Shown here in pieces: positions 40,236 to 48,641 of a stretch of 64,000 nucleotides of DNA; position 1 is the stretch's first letter; each line of letters begins with the position of its first letter. The DNA lies in IMG/VR virus record IMGVR_UViG_3300027969_000043, positions 96,001-160,000 of that record. One strand, 5' to 3'. The notes beneath the pieces are model-generated. The model was not told the origin of the DNA. It searched no databases and saw nothing but the letters and a program-made list of their open reading frames with translations. Origin of the DNA: a virus. The translations under genes and the position numbers were made by a program.

Positions 40236-41915
40236 TTACTTTTTTCTACCTTGACAATGCGCCTTTTGGCTAAATCCCTTTGGGTTATTACAATCTATGC
40301 TTTTTTTATATTTTGCTGACCACTTTTCTTTTAGTGCTTCCATATCAACAGATTCATCTGTACTATTTCCCCAGTTGGCAGCGCCAGCTTTTCTACACTT
40401 AACCAAAGCCCCAGAAGCATAAGCCGATGGCCATACATCATATCTAGCTCTTACTTTATGGTAACAAGCATCTTTTTTTGTTTTCTTTTTTTTCTTTTTA
40501 CCCTCTTCTACTACTTCATATATTTCATATTCATCTAAGATGTCATTAGAACCTTCTTGGAACATGTTATTTTTTTTAATGTTTTTTAATATAAATGCAT
40601 TTTCAAACATTTTGTTATAATCAACTTCTTCTTCATATGATTCAACATCAACACCTAAATTTTTTAATTTATCTAAGATATAATACATTTCCTCATTATC
40701 AGAAATTTCGGACTGAACGTCTTGTATGAATTCTTCTCGATTTATTTTATCACTAAAAGAAACCAATCTAGTTAAAATATGTAAAATTTTAGTATTTTCT
40801 TGTTTAAGATTATCATCATATATTTTGATTAACATCTTAGATTTCCAATCATCCAACGACATTTCGGCTAACATTGACGATTTCTCGAATTCATCTTGGT
40901 CAATTTCTCCACTTTTATATTTTTGTGTTATATCTCCTATTTTTTTACCATGCTCACCACTCAATCTTTGAAATTCGGCTTTCCAACCAGTTTTCATTGG
41001 TGTATTATCTTTTAATTTTTCAAAAGTATTTGGGTTAGCCAATTCGTTTACTTTAACGATTTCTTTTTCGTAAATCATTGATTTGAAAATATTATCATTT
41101 AACTTACGATTTTCACTACGAGTTCTATGCCACGTTACGAAAAAAAGTATACTATTTGATTTCCAATCAACTTTAGTTACTGTATAGTTACAATCCCTAT
41201 TTTTGTCGTAATATATATCACCTTCTTGTACCCATAAATCTGCCCATGGTGCCGATTCCCCATCCTCAAATAAATTTTCTGAATCATCAGTTTCTTCAGT
41301 ATCTTTAGTTTCGGTATCAGTTGTTTCACCGTCATCAGTGGTTTCGGTATCCGTAGTTTCTGTGTCAGTTGTTTCGGTATCGGTGTCATCAGTAGTTTCG
41401 GTGTCATCCGTTGATTCTTCATCGCCGTCACCCTTTCCAGAACTTTTTACTTTCTTTATGATATCTTTTTGGTCTTCAGCATCCATCTCACCAGTATGCG
41501 TTGCTGACAATAAAGAATTTACAGCAAATTTTTCTAAATCAAAATCTGGCTGACCTTGGTCTTCATTATATTTTCTAAGAGATTGTCCTAATTTACCTGT
41601 AAGTTGTTCTATGAATTTTTTAGGGTCTGACTCTTCGTCAGCTTCAACACCAGCATCAAACGGTTCGTCGTCAAATGGTTTATCACTTGAACCGCTATCA
41701 TCAGTTGCTGTATCATCAGTTGGAGTTTCTTCAGACGATGTATCTGCTTGGTCTTCTGTACCAGCATCATCTGTACTAAAATCTAAATCATCTGTAGGTT
41801 CTTCAGCGGGCGCTGAATCGGTTGGGGGTTCAGCTGGAGCTGGGGCCGCTTTAGCCCCTAGCTTCAACTTGTATTTTACTTCTTCTAATGGAGCTTCAAA
41901 AGACTCAATTAGATT
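40236..41915 (-). CDS. acidic modular head protein, likely the -1 frameshift extension of 41909..42850
   Basis: Frame opens right at the A10 run; no ATG for about 130 codons; C-terminal DACYHKV..WPSAYASGALVKCRK and KWSAKYKKSIDC..KGFSQKAHC modules. Confidence 0.65.
   Translation of the reverse strand, partial: NLIESFEAPLEEVKYKLKLGAKAAPAPAEPPTDSAPAEEPTDDLDFSTDDAGTEDQADTSSEETPTDDTATDDSGSSDKPFDDEPFDAGVEADEESDPKKFIEQLTGKLGQSLRKYNEDQGQPDFDLEKFAVNSLLSATHTGEMDAEDQKDIIKKVKSSGKGDGDEESTDDTETTDDTDTETTDTETTDTETTDDGETTDTETKDTEETDDSENLFEDGESAPWADLWVQEGDIYYDKNRDCNYTVTKVDWKSNSILFFVTWHRTRSENRKLNDNIFKSMIYEKEIVKVNELANPNTFEKLKDNTPMKTGWKAEFQRLSGEHGKKIGDITQKYKSGEIDQDEFEKSSMLAEMSLDDWKSKMLIKIYDDNLKQENTKILHILTRLVSFSDKINREEFIQDVQSEISDNEEMYYILDKLKNLGVDVESYEEEVDYNKMFENAFILKNIKKNNMFQEGSNDILDEYEIYEVVEEGKKKKKKTKKDACYHKVRARYDVWPSAYASGALVKCRKAGAANWGNSTDESVDMEALKEKWSAKYKKSIDCNNPKGFSQKAHCQGRKK
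41330..41415 (-). repeat. imperfect tandem repeat (about 15 nt) encoding TDTET/TDDTET
   Basis: Protein segment TDDTETTDDTDTETTDTETTDTETTDDGET; boundaries approximate. Confidence 0.6.
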
Positions 41916-41923
41916 TTTTTTTT
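41884..41923 (-). other. candidate -1 frameshift site: A_AAA_AAA slippery run plus 3' stem-loop
   Basis: AGT-A10-TCTAAT-T-GAG-T-CTT-TTG-AAG-CTC-C-ATTAGA on the minus strand. Confidence 0.6.
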
Positions 41924-42850
41924 ACTTCTAGACTCTTGTAACTCATCAATCATCTCATCCATCATACCCATTGCTCTTTCGATTGATAATTTACCTTCAT
42001 TTTTTTTATTCATTTTACCAGCTCTTAAAGCAGCTAAATCATCAGCGCCAATCTCATCAGGGTCACCAGCTAATTTAGCAATCTTTTCTTGTGCTGGGCT
42101 TAAGTCTTTTTCCATCATTCCATGAACAGCAGCCATTTCTGGCATTAAATCTTCATCAACCCCATGAACATCAACCCAATCATCACTCATACCTTCATTT
42201 TTTTCAAATGTTTCTGGGTCACGGTCTTGTTTATTAGCTGTAGCGTAATAAACTTTTTCACCCTTCTCGTCACCGTATTGTTTTTTCATGCTACCCATAG
42301 CTGGTTTGTCATACTCTTCCATTCCACCACCCATACCATAGGCTGAACCACCACATTCTAAACACATGCCCTCCATTGTCTGCGCTCCGCAACATTCGCT
42401 TGTCATATGACCTTCCATATTACCCTCTGCTTTAAAACCAGAACCTGACATTGATTCAAAAGCTGCATAATCTTCAGTTAAAAGTTTATCATCCAAGAAA
42501 ACATTAACCTGTCCAGATTTACCATAAGCCTCGTTAAGGCTATGAAACTTAAGATTTAAGTGCTTTAGAGCTTTAGCATAAGAAGGATATACCTCTTGTT
42601 TCTTATTTTGAAGACCACCCATGTATTGGAAATCTTCAACAACAAGATTGTTTTGCTTTTTAGTTATTTTAATATAATATTCGTGATTTTCTCTTACGAT
42701 ACCGTAAACATTACCATCTGGTCCTTTTTTTGTTAATTCAACAACCGATGTTTTTTTGTTTTCATTAATAGGCTTAATACCCATCAACTCTTTCATGCGC
42801 TCGGTTACTTGATAACCTTTAAGCCCAACTGGATTTATTTTTTCGTTCAT
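41909..42850 (-). CDS. hypothetical prohead core protein (short product ends ...SKKKI)
   Basis: INE/LNE/LTE sites; SECCGA..CLEC; MKKQYGDEKGEKVYYATANK; ATATTTAT at 42866-42873. Confidence 0.7.
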   Translation of the reverse strand: MNEKINPVGLKGYQVTERMKELMGIKPINENKKTSVVELTKKGPDGNVYGIVRENHEYYIKITKKQNNLVVEDFQYMGGLQNKKQEVYPSYAKALKHLNLKFHSLNEAYGKSGQVNVFLDDKLLTEDYAAFESMSGSGFKAEGNMEGHMTSECCGAQTMEGMCLECGGSAYGMGGGMEEYDKPAMGSMKKQYGDEKGEKVYYATANKQDRDPETFEKNEGMSDDWVDVHGVDEDLMPEMAAVHGMMEKDLSPAQEKIAKLAGDPDEIGADDLAALRAGKMNKKNEGKLSIERAMGMMDEMIDELQESRSKKKI

Positions 42851-42880
42851 AATTTTATTTATTTAATAAATATCTTAATT

Positions 42881-43135
42881 TTATGCAAAATAGCCACCTA
42901 AATAAGGTGTGCCAAGTACGGTATTTATATTCTCACCTAAAAGGTAAGTGCCTGTTCCGTTAGAAATACTTCTAACCACAATTTTTATAGATGTTCCAGC
43001 TACCATTGACACCGAAACACCATTAATTATTGGTGTTACCGTCGTCGCAGCATATACTTCAGTATAACTGTGAGCTGAAAAATTAGGACTTCCACCTGAA
43101 ACTATAATACTATGTATATCATTTAATAATGGCAT
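42881..43135 (-). CDS. small beta-rich hypothetical (possible virion) protein
   Basis: 84 aa; ATATTTAT at 43149-43156. Confidence 0.6.
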   Translation of the reverse strand: MPLLNDIHSIIVSGGSPNFSAHSYTEVYAATTVTPIINGVSVSMVAGTSIKIVVRSISNGTGTYLLGENINTVLGTPYLGGYFA

Positions 43136-43170
43136 AATGTTTTTTATTATAAATATTCGTAAAAAATAAA

Positions 43171-43195
43171 AAAAGCACTAACTTATAGCGCTTTT
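43171..43195 (-). terminator. intrinsic terminator
   Basis: Minus strand AAAAGCGCTA-TAAGT-TAGTGCTTTT. Confidence 0.7.
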
Positions 43196-43402
43196 CTATT
43201 TTAATTTCTTTATTTTGTCTATTTTACCATCTTTCCAATGATAAACCATCCAACCGTCGCCATCTATATAAACCATAGGTAGGTCATTACCCCAAGTATC
43301 TTTCTCAATTTGCTTTCTAAACGCTTCTTTAAACTCCTTAGATTCAAAAGCTTCTTTTACACGATTATTATTTTCGATATTATCTAAACTTTCTTTTTTC
43401 AT
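43196..43402 (-). CDS. small hypothetical protein
   Basis: 68-aa ORF in operon. Confidence 0.55.
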   Translation of the reverse strand: MKKESLDNIENNNRVKEAFESKEFKEAFRKQIEKDTWGNDLPMVYIDGDGWMVYHWKDGKIDKIKKLK

Positions 43403-43407
43403 ATTTT

Positions 43408-43986
43408 TTATAATCTACCACCATTTAAGTATATTCTTTTATAAAATGAATCGTTTAAATCACTAATCATCACATTTCTACCCTTGCCTGAAGCATGTAC
43501 AAATTTATCATCACCCAAAAAAACACCAACATGCCAACCAGAACCCCTTTTGGTTCTAAAAAATATCAAGTCACCTAACTCTAAACATTCTTTTTTTACT
43601 TTCTTTACTATTTGATATTGGTAAATACAAGTTCTGGGTAATGAAACGTCATAAACAGATTTATATAATCTACGAACAAAAGCAGAACAGTCAATACCCT
43701 TTCTACTATCACCACCAAAAACATACCTAACCCCCATCCAATTGTTTATAAAATCTTTTAATTTATCTTCGGTTTCAGGAATTTCTTTTTTCGGTGCTTC
43801 TGGCTCAATAATAACCATTTTTGCTGAGCTATCAACCACTTTATTTTCAATAACAGGTTGTTTTTTAGGTTCTACCTTAGAAACACTTTGTGGTTTTGGC
43901 CTATTCCAATTTATTCTAATCTTATATTGTGAATAGCATGTATTAATTAAAAAAACAGATATAAAAAGTGATATCAATTTTTTCAT
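43408..43986 (-). CDS. NlpC/P60 (C40) peptidoglycan peptidase with a signal peptide
   Basis: GVRYVFGG..GIDCSAF, LPRT, GDLIFF, HVGVFLG..FVHAS; hydrophobic N-terminus. Confidence 0.9.
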   Translation of the reverse strand: MKKLISLFISVFLINTCYSQYKIRINWNRPKPQSVSKVEPKKQPVIENKVVDSSAKMVIIEPEAPKKEIPETEDKLKDFINNWMGVRYVFGGDSRKGIDCSAFVRRLYKSVYDVSLPRTCIYQYQIVKKVKKECLELGDLIFFRTKRGSGWHVGVFLGDDKFVHASGKGRNVMISDLNDSFYKRIYLNGGRL

Positions 43987-44015
43987 GGGTATTTTTTTAT
44001 ATAAATACTCAAAAA

Positions 44016-44492
44016 TTAAGCCGAAATAGCGTCACCATTTAATTCTTTGAAAAATTCATCAATAGTTGTTTTAAGCACAATTAAGTTTTCTAAAAATAAC
44101 GTATCCCACTCATTAGTTTTTTGTTTGGTGTCATTGATATGTGCTAAATAATTAATTTTATTTACCACTTCTAATTTTTTTGCCTCGATAAGCGCTGCCT
44201 TTTCTTGATGTTTTAAATCATCAGCCTCAATTGAAATCTTAGAAGTATCAATATCGTCTAATTTTACATATGAATACTTCTTAATATGGGTGTTAAAAAC
44301 TTTACCTTGACTTTCAGCAATCTCAAATCTCATGTAATCTGATTTGGAAACACCATTATATTTGTATTGGGTTCCAGCTTTAAAAATTAAAGTCAAATCA
44401 CCAGTATTTGAATCATACGTTGACCCTAATATATTGGATGAGTCATAAAGTGCTTTAATTTTGTTTTCTTTTTCTTTTCTTTTTAATATCAT
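44016..44492 (-). CDS. KTSC-domain protein
   Basis: SSNI..YD..LTLIFKAG.QYKY.GV..Y..F..AESQGK.FN..IK. Confidence 0.85.
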   Translation of the reverse strand: MILKRKEKENKIKALYDSSNILGSTYDSNTGDLTLIFKAGTQYKYNGVSKSDYMRFEIAESQGKVFNTHIKKYSYVKLDDIDTSKISIEADDLKHQEKAALIEAKKLEVVNKINYLAHINDTKQKTNEWDTLFLENLIVLKTTIDEFFKELNGDAISA

Positions 44493-44504
44493 AAATTTAT
44501 TTTT

Positions 44505-44741
44505 TTAAACGGCGTGTGTTTTATATGCAATAACATTGTCAAGATGAAAAATCTTGCCAGTGCTAGTCAGTGTGTTATTTAATTCATCTTTCTCGTCAAT
44601 TACTACGATAATATGGTTACCTGTTATCATCAATCCAGAATCTAAAAATTCAATTCGTTTTGATGGTTGAATATCTTTATCTCTAGTATGTGGTTGTTTT
44701 AATAATAACTCTATTTTTCCAAATTTTGGTGCTCTATTCAT
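44505..44741 (-). CDS. small hypothetical protein
   Basis: 78 aa; preceded by TTGACT-N17-TATATTTG. Confidence 0.6.
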   Translation of the reverse strand: MNRAPKFGKIELLLKQPHTRDKDIQPSKRIEFLDSGLMITGNHIIVVIDEKDELNNTLTSTGKIFHLDNVIAYKTHAV

Positions 44742-44756
44742 TATTTACATTTTACC

Positions 44757-44819
44757 CAAATATACAAATATTTATCTTAAGAGTCAAGTTGACAAGTTTC
44801 AAAATAAAATGTATATTTG
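44757..44819. promoter_or_regulatory. back-to-back divergent host-type promoters with the Bacteroidota -7 element TAnnTTTG
   Basis: + strand: TTGACA 44789-44794, N17, TATATTTG 44812-44819; minus strand: TTGACT 44787-44782, N17, TATATTTG 44764-44757. Confidence 0.75.
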
Positions 44820-44834
44820 CTAAAAGGTTATAAA

Positions 44835-47354
44835 ATGAATAGAGAGATATATCCAAAAGTTAAATTAATAATGAGGGAAGCAATGAAAGAGGCAAAAACT
44901 TTTGATGATATAAAAGTTAGGCCAGAACATATTGCTTTATCAATGATTAATGACAACGATAATGAGAGCATTACAATCTTAAATAAATTAAAGGTTGATA
45001 CCGCTGAATTACACGACAAAATAAGTGATTACCTTAGAAAAAACGACCTTAATCCTAGGATAACACAAACTAGCAGAGGTAAATTACCGTTATCCGAGGA
45101 AACAAAATTGGTTTTTAGAAACGTTGATAGTGAATCTGAAAAATTAAATGACAATATGATAGATACAACACATGTCATGTTATCAATTTTAGCCAGCAAG
45201 ACACCAACAACAAAAATAATGTCTGACATGGGAATTAATTATAAAAGTTTTAAAAAAGTAGCAATGGATATTAGAAACAACACAAAAAACATGGGCGGCC
45301 TAGATGAAGAACAATTCAATGACGACTTCAGCGAACAAGACCGCTTTAAGAAAAACAAAAAAAAGAACGACTTGTCAAAAACACCTGTTTTAGATAACTT
45401 TTGTAGAGATATCAGCAAAGCAGTTGAAAAAAATGAGATTGACCCTGTCGTTGGTAGAACAAATGAAATTAAAAGAATTTCACAAATTCTTTCTAGAAGA
45501 AAGAAAAACAATCCAGTTCTTATCGGTGAACCAGGCGTAGGTAAAACCTCAATTGTTGAAGGGTTAACACAATTAATTAAAGACGGTAATGCACCAAGAA
45601 CAATTGCAAACAAAAAGGTATACAGCCTAGACCTAGCATCAATTGTCGCTGGTACAAAATATCGCGGACAATTTGAAGAAAGAATGAAAGCAATCTTAGA
45701 AGAGTGCAAAGCAAATCCAGATATCATTCTTTTTATTGATGAATTACATACAATCATTGGTGCGGGCAACGCATCTGGTTCGTTAGATGCCTCAAACATC
45801 TTTAAACCAGCATTAGCGCGTGGAGAAATTCAAATCATTGGTGCCACAACTCTTGATGAATATCGTGAACACATTGAAAAAGATGGTGCATTAACTAGAA
45901 GGTTCCAACAAGTCCTTGTTGAAGAACCAACACTAGAGGAAACCAAAATCATCCTTACCAACATCAAAGAAAAATACGAAAAGCACCATAAAGTTCAATA
46001 TACTGACGACGCCATCGAAGAATGTGTAAAATTATCACATAGATATATAATGGATAGGTCAATGCCAGATAAAGCTATTGACGTATTGGATGAAGCTGGC
46101 GCCGCAACAAATGTTACCATCGAAAAACCACAATCAATTAAAGATTTGGAGGCTAAAAGAAACCAAATCTTAGATAAGAAAAAAGATGTTGTTAGCAAAC
46201 AAAAATATGAAGAGGCTGCTAAGCTTCGTGATGAAGAAAGAAAAATTGAAGAGCAATTAGCTAACGCTTTAACTGATTGGGCGAATAAATTAGAGAAAAA
46301 AATCACAACTGTTGGTGTTGAGCAAATTTCAGAAGTTGTATCTATGATGACTGGAATACCGCTAACAAAAATCTCAACCCAAGAAAGCAAACGCTTGATG
46401 AATCTTGATAAAGAATTGATGGGTAGGGTAATTGGTCAAGACCCAGCGGTTACAAAGGTTGTTAAAGCAATCAAAAGAAATCGTATTGGTATTAAAGATA
46501 AAAACAAACCCATTGGTTCATTTATATTCTTAGGTCCAACAGGTGTTGGTAAAACATACCTTGCTAAATTACTTGCTGAACATGTGTTTGGTGATGAAGA
46601 AGCTCTTGTTAGAATCGATATGAGTGAATATATGGAAAAACACTCTGTATCTAGATTAATCGGACCCCCACCAGGCTACGTCGGGTACGACCAAGGTGGT
46701 CAATTAACCGAAAAAGTTAGAAGAAAACCACACTGTGTTATTTTATTTGATGAAATTGAAAAAGCACACGATGACGTATTTAATTTATTGCTTCAATTAT
46801 TGGATGAAGGACAATTAACCGACGGATTAGGTAGAAAGATTAATTTTAAGAACTCTTTAATCATCATGACATCAAATATTGGTGTTAGAGAATTAAGTTC
46901 TTTCGGTAAATCAATGGGCTTTGACACTGGCGCATCAATTGCTGATGAAGAAGCTAGGGCTCGTGCTATCATCGAGAAAGCACTTAAGAAAAAATTCAAA
47001 CCTGAATTCTTAAATCGTATTGATGAATCAATTGTGTTTAATGGTCTAAAACAAGAGGACATCCATAAAATTATCTATATGGAAATTGAAAAACTTGAGT
47101 CTAGAATTTCAGAAGTTGGGTACAAACTTAAAATAAACAAATCAGCTATTGAGTATTTAGCCAAAGAGGGATACGATGAAGCATACGGCGCCAGACCACT
47201 CGCCAGAACAATCCAACGGTTCATAGAAGACCCTGTCGCAGATGAAATACTAAGTGGCAATGTTAAAGATGGTGATACAATTAAAATAACACTAGATAAA
47301 ACAACCAACCAAATAGTACTAAAATCCGATAAAACGGTAAAAATAGAAGAATAA
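44835..47354 (+). CDS. clpC: ATP-dependent Clp protease ATP-binding subunit (ClpC-type)
   Basis: Clp N-domain, GEPGVGKT/LFIDE, UVR coil (QKYEEAAKLRDEE), GPTGVGKT/LFDEIEK, GARPL; ATG at 44835. Confidence 0.93.
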   Translation: MNREIYPKVKLIMREAMKEAKTFDDIKVRPEHIALSMINDNDNESITILNKLKVDTAELHDKISDYLRKNDLNPRITQTSRGKLPLSEETKLVFRNVDSESEKLNDNMIDTTHVMLSILASKTPTTKIMSDMGINYKSFKKVAMDIRNNTKNMGGLDEEQFNDDFSEQDRFKKNKKKNDLSKTPVLDNFCRDISKAVEKNEIDPVVGRTNEIKRISQILSRRKKNNPVLIGEPGVGKTSIVEGLTQLIKDGNAPRTIANKKVYSLDLASIVAGTKYRGQFEERMKAILEECKANPDIILFIDELHTIIGAGNASGSLDASNIFKPALARGEIQIIGATTLDEYREHIEKDGALTRRFQQVLVEEPTLEETKIILTNIKEKYEKHHKVQYTDDAIEECVKLSHRYIMDRSMPDKAIDVLDEAGAATNVTIEKPQSIKDLEAKRNQILDKKKDVVSKQKYEEAAKLRDEERKIEEQLANALTDWANKLEKKITTVGVEQISEVVSMMTGIPLTKISTQESKRLMNLDKELMGRVIGQDPAVTKVVKAIKRNRIGIKDKNKPIGSFIFLGPTGVGKTYLAKLLAEHVFGDEEALVRIDMSEYMEKHSVSRLIGPPPGYVGYDQGGQLTEKVRRKPHCVILFDEIEKAHDDVFNLLLQLLDEGQLTDGLGRKINFKNSLIIMTSNIGVRELSSFGKSMGFDTGASIADEEARARAIIEKALKKKFKPEFLNRIDESIVFNGLKQEDIHKIIYMEIEKLESRISEVGYKLKINKSAIEYLAKEGYDEAYGARPLARTIQRFIEDPVADEILSGNVKDGDTIKITLDKTTNQIVLKSDKTVKIEE

Positions 47355-47358
47355 CAAT

Positions 47359-47382
47359 AAAACCCACATTTTTGTGGGTTTT
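47359..47382 (+). terminator. terminator after clpC
   Basis: AAAACCCACA-TTTT-TGTGGGTTTT. Confidence 0.8.
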
Positions 47383-47398
47383 ATAATATTTATTTGAT

Positions 47399-47791
47399 AT
47401 GAAAAAGTCATTATTAAAAGAACATCTATTTGACAGGGATTCTGAACCGCAAATAAAGCTGTTAAAATTATTCCTTAATTTTACCTGTAAGTTCTTGGGT
47501 ATTAAATGCCCAAAAATAAATCTAAGGTTTAATAGAGATGGACTGACAACAACTGCAAGTTATAGTACTAACAATGTTATCATATATGCTAAGGATAGAG
47601 CTTTGGTCGATATCATGAGGTCAATTGCTCACGAACTAGTACACCTAAAACAAGATGTTGAGGGTAGACTAGAACAAACTGAACATGACAAAAATAACGA
47701 AGCTGGCTCACCAATTGAAAACGAAGCAAATGCTGTAGCTGGACAGATAATAAGAAAATTTGGTGAAGAACACCCAGAAATATATGTATAA
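47399..47791 (+). CDS. small zinc metallopeptidase-like protein
   Basis: SIAHELVH plus ENEAN; leader MKKSLLKE; ATATTTAT at 47386-47393. Confidence 0.7.
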   Translation: MKKSLLKEHLFDRDSEPQIKLLKLFLNFTCKFLGIKCPKINLRFNRDGLTTTASYSTNNVIIYAKDRALVDIMRSIAHELVHLKQDVEGRLEQTEHDKNNEAGSPIENEANAVAGQIIRKFGEEHPEIYV

Positions 47792-48638
47792 TATTAAAAA
47801 AATATTAAACGAAGAACTCTTACTGAATAGTAGAAAAAATCTATTGTCAGAACAATCTCTTATTTTAATCAACGACCATAGTCATATAAACCACGTTCTA
47901 GGTATAAAAACACCTATCAATGAAATTTACTCATTAGCATTAAGAAAACAAATCATAGAAGAACAATTAATGTTGGAAGACCTTTTAGGTTCGATAAGCA
48001 AATTTGTTGGTTCAGCTGTTGAAAAAGGAAAAGAAAAAGTTATATCTGTTGTAGACTCAATAAAAAATGTTAAAGATATTGCTTTATTATTTAAAGACTT
48101 GATACTATCACCAGAATACATGGCAAAAGCTACAACCGTTATGGGTAAAACCTGTAATAATATTGCTGATAGATTAAAAAACAAACTAGTAACAATAGGA
48201 ACCAAACTAGGCGATGCAGCTGGAAATATGTTAGATAAATTTAATGCGTTGATTCAAAAAGCTATTGACCTTCTGATTAAACTAGCTAATGGTACTGGAT
48301 GGAAAGGATTTTTAACAATGTTAGGGTTTAGTATTTTAATGACACTACTCGAAACAAAAATACTTGATATGATTATTAATCAAGGTATTAAAATTTTAGA
48401 TAAATTCACAAATATCATTGATGGAGCAACAGACATGCTGAACGGTTTTAAAGAATTCGCAACTAGCATTATTTCAACTCTAGAAATCTCACCGATAATA
48501 TCTTGGATTACAGATAACGTAATCAAAACAACGTTGGGTAGTTTTTTTAGTGGTGTTAATATAATTAATGTTATAGGACTTATTTTGATTCCAGTAATCA
48601 AAGCAATCGATTGGTCAAAAAAATTAGTAAAAAAATAA
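47784..48638 (+). CDS. hypothetical protein with LxE leaders and hydrophobic helices
   Basis: MYNIKKILNE..LLSE..INE..MLE; hydrophobic segments FLTMLGFSILMTLL and IINVIGLILIPVI. Confidence 0.6.
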   Translation: MYNIKKILNEELLLNSRKNLLSEQSLILINDHSHINHVLGIKTPINEIYSLALRKQIIEEQLMLEDLLGSISKFVGSAVEKGKEKVISVVDSIKNVKDIALLFKDLILSPEYMAKATTVMGKTCNNIADRLKNKLVTIGTKLGDAAGNMLDKFNALIQKAIDLLIKLANGTGWKGFLTMLGFSILMTLLETKILDMIINQGIKILDKFTNIIDGATDMLNGFKEFATSIISTLEISPIISWITDNVIKTTLGSFFSGVNIINVIGLILIPVIKAIDWSKKLVKK

Positions 48639-48641
48639 AAA

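Noticed and set aside
40230-40240. In-frame TAA GTA ATG junction suggesting readthrough (similar at 12125/12129, 14450/14451, 21958/21962, 48638/48642)
   Set aside because: TAA is a strong stop, each downstream gene has its own ATG, and in-frame adjacency is expected by chance in tightly packed operons
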